Source of the DNA: a candidate division FCPU426 bacterium
Lineage (GTDB): Bacteria; Oederibacteriota; PGYV01; Palsa-1178
Assembly: GCA_963840035.1 (NCBI GenBank)
Contig: CAWIXE010000003.1
Location: forward strand, 416,001-480,000
Reading direction: 5' to 3'
Length of the DNA: 64,000 bases
Positions 59,890 through 64,000 of this stretch are shown here, piece after piece. Numbering within the stretch: position 1 is the stretch's first letter; every line of letters begins with the position of its first letter. The position numbers and the translations under genes are program-made. A model generated the notes under the pieces. That model made no database searches, was not told the DNA's origin, and worked only from the letters and a program-made list of their open reading frames with translations.

Positions 59890-59950
59890 AGCTCAGAGCC
59901 CAAAGCCCAAGGGGAAGGCGGCCATGAGCTTTGGGCTCTGGGCTTTGGGA
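59890..59950. repeat. Inverted heptamer-array element (unit AGCCCAA), same family as 40741
   Basis: AGCTCAG AGCCCAA AGCCCAA, 13 nt, ATGAGCT TTGGGCT CTGGGCT TTGGGA. Confidence 0.9.
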
Positions 59951-59991
59951 TAAGACTTGGTATGCTAAAACAAAATAACGGAGGTTTTGCA

Positions 59992-61005
59992 ATGATCATC
60001 GTAATGAAACCGAAAGCTTCAAAGAAACAGGTGGACCATGTTTGCGCTAAGATTAAGGAATTCAAGCTCGCTCCGCACATATCAAGGGGCAAAGAGACCA
60101 CTATCATCGGCGTCATAGGCGATGAGCGCGTGCTTCAGGGAGTGCCTTTTGAAGGTTTCTCCGGAGTTGAAAAAGTGATGCAGATACTTAAGCCGTATAA
60201 ACTTGCCAGCCGCGATTTCAAAAAGGAAAACTCTATAGTTAAGTGCGGCAATGTGGAAATAGGCGGAGATAAAGTCATTATGATAGCCGGGCCGTGTTCT
60301 GTGGAAAGCAGGAAACAGATATTGACCACAGCCAAAGCCATAAAGGAAGCGGGCGCGCACATTCTGCGCGGCGGCGCTTTTAAGCCCAGGACCTCGCCGT
60401 ACGCTTTCCAGGGTATGGGAGAAGAGGGCTTAAAACTCATGGCCGAGGCCAGGGAAGAATACGGCCTGCCGTTTGTCACTGAAGTGCTCGACACGAGGCA
60501 TGTAGCGCTTATCAATAAATACGCGGACATGTTCCAGGTCGGCGCGAGGAACATGCAGAATTTTGAACTTTTAAAAGAGGTAGGAAAGACACAGAAGCCC
60601 GTGCTCTTAAAAAGGGGCATGATGTCTACTGTCGCCGAGTGGCTCATGTCAGCCGAGTATATTCTCGCGAACGGAAACATGAACGTCATACTCTGCGAGA
60701 GGGGCATCAGGACATTTGAAACAGCCACAAGGAACACGCTGGACTTATCAGCGGTGCCGCTCGTTAAAAGCCTGACACACCTGCCGGTAGTCGTTGACCC
60801 GTCGCACGGCACAGGCAAGAAACCGCTTATCATGCCCATGTCCCGCGCAGCCGTAGCTGCCGGAGCAGACGGCATAGCCATAGAAGTGCACCCGAACCCG
60901 GATGAAGCCTTATCAGACGGAGACCAGTCGCTGGTACCGGCGGAATACAAAGTGCTTTTAAATGAATGTTCCAAAATAGCAAAAGCTATAGGAAGAACTA
61001 TATAA
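59992..61005 (+). CDS. aroF: DAHP synthase, type I-beta with N-terminal regulatory domain
   Basis: IAGPCSVES, GGAFKPRTSPY, GARNMQNF and DPSHGTG; ATG 59992 follows GGAGG. Confidence 0.95.
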   Translation: MIIVMKPKASKKQVDHVCAKIKEFKLAPHISRGKETTIIGVIGDERVLQGVPFEGFSGVEKVMQILKPYKLASRDFKKENSIVKCGNVEIGGDKVIMIAGPCSVESRKQILTTAKAIKEAGAHILRGGAFKPRTSPYAFQGMGEEGLKLMAEAREEYGLPFVTEVLDTRHVALINKYADMFQVGARNMQNFELLKEVGKTQKPVLLKRGMMSTVAEWLMSAEYILANGNMNVILCERGIRTFETATRNTLDLSAVPLVKSLTHLPVVVDPSHGTGKKPLIMPMSRAAVAAGADGIAIEVHPNPDEALSDGDQSLVPAEYKVLLNECSKIAKAIGRTI

Positions 61006-61081
61006 TTACTAATTACCAATTACGTAATTACTAATAAAGGAATGACGTTATTTGTAATCAGTCATTAGTAATTAGTAATTA
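61003..61081. repeat. Inverted heptamer-array element (unit TAATTAC)
   Basis: TAATTAC TAATTAC CAATTAC g TAATTAC ... GTAATCA GTCATTA GTAATTA GTAATTA. Confidence 0.9.
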
Positions 61082-61092
61082 AAAGGAGTTTT

Positions 61093-61938
61093 ATGAGGTT
61101 TAAGAAGGCAGTGATTATCGGAATGGGCCTTATGGGCGGCAGCCTCGGGCTTGCCTTGCGCAAGTATAAGCTGGCAAAGGAAGTTGTCGGGCTGGGCAGG
61201 AACATAAAGCGCCTGAACATGGCAAAAGCCGCAGGCGCGGCTGACTCGGTTACTGTTGATGTAAAGGACGCTGTAACGGGCGCCGACCTTGTGGTTATAT
61301 CGCTGCCTGTGATGATGATACCTGTGATGTTTAAACAGATTCAGCCGTTCCTTTCAAAGGCCTCAATAGTCACCGATATGGGTTCTGTGAAAGGCTCCAT
61401 ATGCTCCAAAATATCAAAATTCGACACCGGCCGTAATTTTATCGGTTCCCATCCCATGGTGGGTTCGGAAAAGGCAGGGGTTGAGAATATTAAAAACGGG
61501 CTGTATGAAAATGGAACCTGCATAATTACGGCTGATAAGGGAAGCGACAAAAAGAAGGCTGCGGCAGTTTCCGGGCTGTGGAAGTCGCTGAAGATGAACA
61601 TTATATCCATGACGCCCGAAGCGCATGATAAGTGCATGGCAGGCATAAGCCATGTGCCGCACCTGGCCGCGTTTGCCATGGTGTCAGCGCAGGAGAAAGA
61701 GTTACTCGGCAATAAAAAAGCGATCGGGCCGGGGTTTAAGGACTCCACCAGGATTGCCGGATCCAACGAGGAGATCTGGGCGGAGATACTGCTGATGAAT
61801 AAAAAGGAAGTTCTGGAAAACATGAAAAAATACCGCGCGCAGCTTGACCTGCTCGCCTCCATGATAGACGGCAGCAGGATGGCGGAATTAAAAAAATACA
61901 TAGCGAAAGCCAGGCGCTTAAGGGACGGCATAAAATGA
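61093..61938 (+). CDS. tyrA: Prephenate/arogenate dehydrogenase
   Basis: GMGLMGGS, DMGSVK, HPMVGSE, SHVPH and DSTRIA. Confidence 0.93.
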   Translation: MRFKKAVIIGMGLMGGSLGLALRKYKLAKEVVGLGRNIKRLNMAKAAGAADSVTVDVKDAVTGADLVVISLPVMMIPVMFKQIQPFLSKASIVTDMGSVKGSICSKISKFDTGRNFIGSHPMVGSEKAGVENIKNGLYENGTCIITADKGSDKKKAAAVSGLWKSLKMNIISMTPEAHDKCMAGISHVPHLAAFAMVSAQEKELLGNKKAIGPGFKDSTRIAGSNEEIWAEILLMNKKEVLENMKKYRAQLDLLASMIDGSRMAELKKYIAKARRLRDGIK

Positions 61939-63227
61939 AAAAAATACACATTTCTCCCGTTAAGGCGTGCGTTAAATCCGTAAATGTCCAGGGCGACAAG
62001 TCGCTCTCCCACAGGTCTGTCATTATAGGAAGCCTTGCCAGAGGCGTCACAAAAGTCACCAATTTCCTCGAGGCCGAGGATACATTAAACACAATAAAAG
62101 TATATAAAGCCATGGGGGTAAAGATCGAGAAGAAAGCCGGTATATATTACATCCACGGCCGCGGGCTTTTCAGCCTAAGGCAGCCGCAGAAGACCCTGTA
62201 CGTGGGAAATTCCGGCACAAACATAAGGCTCTCGCTCGGAGTGCTCGCGGCGCAGAATTTCACATCCACCATTACAGGCGACGGACAGATAGTCATGAGG
62301 CCCATGAAGCGCGTCCTGGAACCCCTTGAAAAAATGGGCGCGAAGTTTGAGAGTAACGACGGCAAGGCGCCTGTCGTGGTCCACGGCGGATCGTTAAAAG
62401 GCATAAAGTATAAAATGCCGATGGCCAGCGCGCAGGTAAAGTCGGCCATCATACTGGCGGGCCTCCACGCCAACAGCGAGACAATCATACACGAACCCAT
62501 GCAGTCCAGGGACCACACCGAGCGCATGCTGAAATATTTCGGCGCAGGAATATCCATAAAAAAGAATATGATAAAGATAAAACCGGGCAGGATACTCAAG
62601 GCAAAGCCGGTATTCGTTCCTGGAGACATATCCTCGGCCGCGTATTTCATAATTGCCGGGTTAATGGCAAAAGATTCAAAAATCACGGTTAAAAACATAG
62701 GATTAAACCCCACAAGGGTGGGGCTTATCGAAGTCATGAAATTAATGGGCGGCAAAATCAAGATCACAAACCTTAAGAATAAGAACGGCGAGCCCGTGGG
62801 CGACATAGTGGCGTCATTTTCAAAACTTAAAGGCATTACCATAAAGGGCGCAATGATACCCAAGCTCATAGACGAGATACCTGTTATCGCGGTGGCCGCG
62901 GCTTTCGCGAAGGGCAAGACCGTAATAAAAGACGCGGAAGAGCTTAAATTTAAAGAGACCGACAGGATAGAGACCGTGATTAAAAATTTAAAACGTATCG
63001 GCGTCAAGGCTGAAGGGACGCCCGACGGCATGATTATAGAAGGAAACGGCGGAAAGCCTTTTAAGTACGCGGACATAGACTCTTTCGGGGACCACAGGAT
63101 AGCCATGGCATTCTCGGTGGCGGCGCTTGTCAGCGAAAACGGGCTGCTTATTAAGGACATAGAATGCGTCAATACATCATTCCCGTCTTTTTTCAGCATC
63201 ATAGACGGCTTAAGGGGTAAAAAATGA
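61935..63227 (+). CDS. aroA: EPSP synthase
   Basis: GDKSLSHR, GNSGT, SAQVKSA, RDHTERM, KETDRI and DHRIAM. Confidence 0.97.
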   Translation: MKKIHISPVKACVKSVNVQGDKSLSHRSVIIGSLARGVTKVTNFLEAEDTLNTIKVYKAMGVKIEKKAGIYYIHGRGLFSLRQPQKTLYVGNSGTNIRLSLGVLAAQNFTSTITGDGQIVMRPMKRVLEPLEKMGAKFESNDGKAPVVVHGGSLKGIKYKMPMASAQVKSAIILAGLHANSETIIHEPMQSRDHTERMLKYFGAGISIKKNMIKIKPGRILKAKPVFVPGDISSAAYFIIAGLMAKDSKITVKNIGLNPTRVGLIEVMKLMGGKIKITNLKNKNGEPVGDIVASFSKLKGITIKGAMIPKLIDEIPVIAVAAAFAKGKTVIKDAEELKFKETDRIETVIKNLKRIGVKAEGTPDGMIIEGNGGKPFKYADIDSFGDHRIAMAFSVAALVSENGLLIKDIECVNTSFPSFFSIIDGLRGKK

Positions 63228-63904
63228 AATTAAAGAAAACACTCAACCGCATATTATTCCTGGTGGTCCATCATTTTGTTAAGGTAATCGTGTGGCTGTG
63301 GTACAGGATAGTGCATTTCGCCGGAGTGGTTGATTCAAAAAACATACCTTCAAAAGGCGGTTTTATTGTAGCGGCAAACCACGCAAGCAATTATGACCCG
63401 CCGCTAATCGGTATTTCCACATGGCGCAGGACATTTCACTATATGGCAAAAGACACCCTGTTCAATCCGCCTCTTGGATTCCTTTTGGGCTGGATGGGCG
63501 CCATACCGGTTAAAAGAGGGGCCGTAGACAGGAACGCCTGGGATAATGTAATTGATACCGTAAAAGAAGGGCAGATTGTGGCGCTCTTTCCCGAAGGCAC
63601 CAGGACCCTTGACGGAGAAATACATGAAGGCAAGGCCGGAACGGGAATGCTTGTTTACAAGTCCCGCTGTCAGGTCATACCGCTGTACATCCACGGCAAT
63701 TACAGGGCGTGGAAAAAAGGGCAGCTGCTGCCTACGCCTTTTACGCGGATGGTGATGGTATTTGGAAAGCCCATGTCGTTCGAAGATGAATTTAAAATGG
63801 AAGAAAAAAAAGAAACATATATTCTGATAACAAAGAAGATAATGGATGAGATAAAAAGGCTTAAAGCGGAATATATAACGGGCCTGGAGCAGAAGAAAAA
63901 ATGA
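63224..63904 (+). CDS. plsC: 1-acyl-sn-glycerol-3-phosphate acyltransferase
   Basis: NHASNYDPP and FPEGTR motifs. Confidence 0.9.
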   Translation: MKLKKTLNRILFLVVHHFVKVIVWLWYRIVHFAGVVDSKNIPSKGGFIVAANHASNYDPPLIGISTWRRTFHYMAKDTLFNPPLGFLLGWMGAIPVKRGAVDRNAWDNVIDTVKEGQIVALFPEGTRTLDGEIHEGKAGTGMLVYKSRCQVIPLYIHGNYRAWKKGQLLPTPFTRMVMVFGKPMSFEDEFKMEEKKETYILITKKIMDEIKRLKAEYITGLEQKKK

Positions 63905-64000
63905 GGGTTTATGTGGCGGAAGGCTCGGGGTTCTGTTTCGGCGTAAAAAGGGCCATGGACATGGCGTATAAATACGCGGCTGAGAATAAAGCCGTCTACT
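63901..64000 (+). CDS. ispH: 4-hydroxy-3-methylbut-2-enyl diphosphate reductase (3' partial)
   Basis: MRVYVAEGSGFCFGVKRAM matches the IspH N-terminal GFCxGVxRA motif; follows plsC. Confidence 0.85.
   Translation, partial: MRVYVAEGSGFCFGVKRAMDMAYKYAAENKAVY

Noticed and set aside
48205..63202. Long antisense ORFs over kdpB, kdpD, aroF and aroA (e.g. 482, 329, 294 and 351 aa)
   Set aside because: They lie opposite well-supported genes and have no recognisable motifs.

Overview
Bacterial chromosomal window, almost entirely + strand and mostly housekeeping. It looks like a diderm (PorV-like barrel, SPOR/TolB-like protein); the lineage cannot be fixed from sequence alone. It opens inside a giant (>3300 aa, 5'-truncated) surface protein built from ~8.8 kb of 12-nt T-[E/Q]-T-[A/V/I/M] repeats ending in FlgD-Ig/T9SS-CTD-like domains. 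Then come a GlcD-like oxidoreductase, a degenerate HD-GYP protein, parAB, recX-alaS-ruvX-mltG-rnr, a PorV-like gene and an RsbW-like kinase/SpoIIE phosphatase fusion. These are followed by hisDCBHAF, an AT-rich insert with a BrnT/BrnA-like toxin-antitoxin (TA) pair and bcp, hisI, trpEG and cvpA/purSQLF. A potassium block follows (kdpFABC, KdpD split over two genes around kdpE, and a KimA-like APC transporter with a long structured leader), then a Phd/RelE TA pair and hisC2-aroF-tyrA-aroA-plsC-ispH(partial). The most striking unexplained signal is a set of at least 11 intergenic elements made of short tandem ~7-nt repeats, mostly as two inverted arms. They use about nine different unit sequences but share one architecture, and often start at a stop codon and end just before the next ribosome-binding site (RBS). 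Two GTAG-type REP-like elements and two candidate cis-regulatory RNA leaders are also present. All product calls come from motif recognition, not database searches.
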